A program made the position numbers and the translations under genes. A stretch of DNA of 64,000 bases, from the NCBI RefSeq assembly GCF_000485595.1, contig NW_014577076.1:625192-689191 (forward strand), written 5' to 3'. The notes beneath the pieces are model-generated. The model had not been told where the DNA came from. It did not search any database and worked only from the letters and a program-made list of their open reading frames with translations. This DNA is from Priapulus caudatus (Eukaryota). Shown in pieces: positions 62,641 through 64,000 of the stretch. Position 1 is the first letter of the stretch. Every line of letters starts with the position of its first letter.

Positions 62641-63193
62641 AGTTGATCAACCTCGCAGCTAAATGCATAATTATATATACCTACTGTGAGCTTGCATATG
62701 TTGCACAAATTCACTACAACTCATTTGTATTGCTACTTTCATAACATTTCTTCTCAAAATCTAAACGAAATTACTTCTCTTACGAACGTAGCACCAACGT
62801 GATGTTTACACATCCGTGACACAGCGGAGCGATCTGCTTGATTCAGTAACAGTTACTTTCTATGATAAAACAAGTTATAATTCATTATTCGATGTTTATT
62901 CAGTACAAAATTGTGAAATTTGTTTAAATCATATATCGGTATATATATTACTTATGCAACCAGGAAACAAATATAGTGTTTTCATTCCAGGAACAATTTG
63001 CGCTATGGCGCATGGATACTATTTTGCGTTATCTGGCACTTCGTACAAATTACAATTGCGTACACGCAAGTTTTCAAAATAGCCAACTTCGGAGAACATT
63101 TCTTGCTCAATGAGAACATTTCGTGATGTTTGCACACTGCAAGTATGCTCACAGTAGGTCTATATAGGCCTTTTGTTGTGAGGTCTGTTCGTT
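62641..63193. mobile_element. Kolobok-like non-autonomous element, uninterrupted copy, in a KIF13 intron
   Basis: TTAA at 62637-62640 and 63194-63197. Imperfect TIRs AGTTGATCAACCTCGCAGC and GTTGTGAGGTCTGTTCGTT, plus subterminal inverted ACCTACTGTGAGC and GCTCACAGTAGGT. Confidence 0.8.
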
Positions 63194-63662
63194 TTAAGTT
63201 GGCAGTAGGCACTGTTATGTAGTTTTCGGGAAATACATACTTTCATACCGTGGTTATATCAGGCGGGAAGGAATATTATTGCAATACTTTAATAAATTGT
63301 ATTAGTATAATTAATTGCATTACCATGAAGGCATGTAAAGAATACTTCATAGACATGTTTATTATATTAATAGTGCCAGGTTTTAAATTAATATATGCTA
63401 TACTTATAAAATTTATATATCTTTGAATTGACGCCTTTCTTTTCTTATGAGCCATTGACGATATGATCTGATTTCGATCTGATCATCCGTATTTGTTGAC
63501 AGCTGTGCGACGCAAGCACTTCTGTTATGCTCCTTGTAATAAATAGTTCGTTAAAGAATGATAGAGCGACAGCAGGCGGTAAGACCCCATGGACGAGCTG
63601 AGAGCGCTTGTCAAATCAATGAGTCTAACATGTAATGACGTTGTTACCATTTTCATTTCTAG

Positions 63663-63753
63663 GGCAAGAGAATGTCTACAACTCTCTTGGAGTGGACGTA
63701 CTGGTCAACGCACTGGAAGGCTACAACGCATGTATATTTGCATACGGCCAGAC

Positions 63754-63755
<2 letters not shown>
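63663..63755 (+). CDS. KIF13: Next coding exon (93 nt) of the KIF13-like kinesin, ending in the first half of the P-loop
   Basis: Acceptor TTTTCATTTCTAG (AG at 63661-63662) and donor G|GTAAT (63756). Translates (G)[30 protein letters not shown](G). [13 protein letters not shown] fits KIF13 (KIF1 usually has GYNVCIF). G from the previous exon plus GG gives Gly. Confidence 0.95.

Positions 63756-63756
<1 letters not shown>

Positions 63757-63807
<51 letters not shown>
63757..63807 (+). repeat. (TAA)17 microsatellite overlapping the KIF13 splice donor
   Basis: Sequence reads G|G-TAA-TAA... starting at intron position +2. Confidence 0.95.
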
Positions 63808-63810
<3 letters not shown>

Positions 63811-64000
63811 ATGGTTTTTAATTAAACTTTATATACATAGCCTGCATACATGTAACAAAGATGTCACTAGAGGTCAATACAAACGCACGTATACAACTGA
63901 GAAGAGGAATTGATTTTGGTAATTAACAACCACTATTTCCACATACAACTTGCAGTACGTGTACAAAGCATGCGTTCACATACGTTCACATCGTCTGGCA

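Noticed and set aside
63635..63913. 92-aa poly-Asn protein
   Set aside because: It is the KIF13 exon read through flanking intron and the (TAA)n repeat.

Overview
This is repeat-rich metazoan genomic DNA, not a prokaryotic window. An invertebrate origin is inferred from abundant CpG, Academ/Kolobok/Helentron-type elements and TTAGGG-type interstitial repeats. The only host-gene sequence I can support is two + strand GT-AG exons of a kinesin-3 KIF13/Khc-73 motor domain (55902-55975 and 63663-63755); I could not find exons 1-2, so most of the window is probably intron or upstream DNA. The rest is transposon debris: a decayed AcademX element (present twice, probably an assembly haplotype duplicate) with a three-level nested insertion, a Helentron-type HINE with a 146-bp tandem array, a TTAA Kolobok-like element holding a foldback element and an ISL2EU/Harbinger fossil, several hAT, P-like, Harbinger and pogo/Tigger MITEs, Helitron ends, LINE and LTR remnants, and simple repeats. 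The most unusual items are (i) two related TIR elements combining (CCCTAA)n, a tRNA-like Pol III cassette and GGNCCGGAC flanks, (ii) 38-bp and 49-bp TIR-only micro-transposons with perfect TSDs, and (iii) a 136-bp micro-inversion between the duplicated copies. Almost all supplied ORFs are repeat read-through. About 1-1.3 kb and 43.7-47.5 kb look like low-accuracy sequence, and there are three N gaps. All family assignments come from motif recognition, not database searches.
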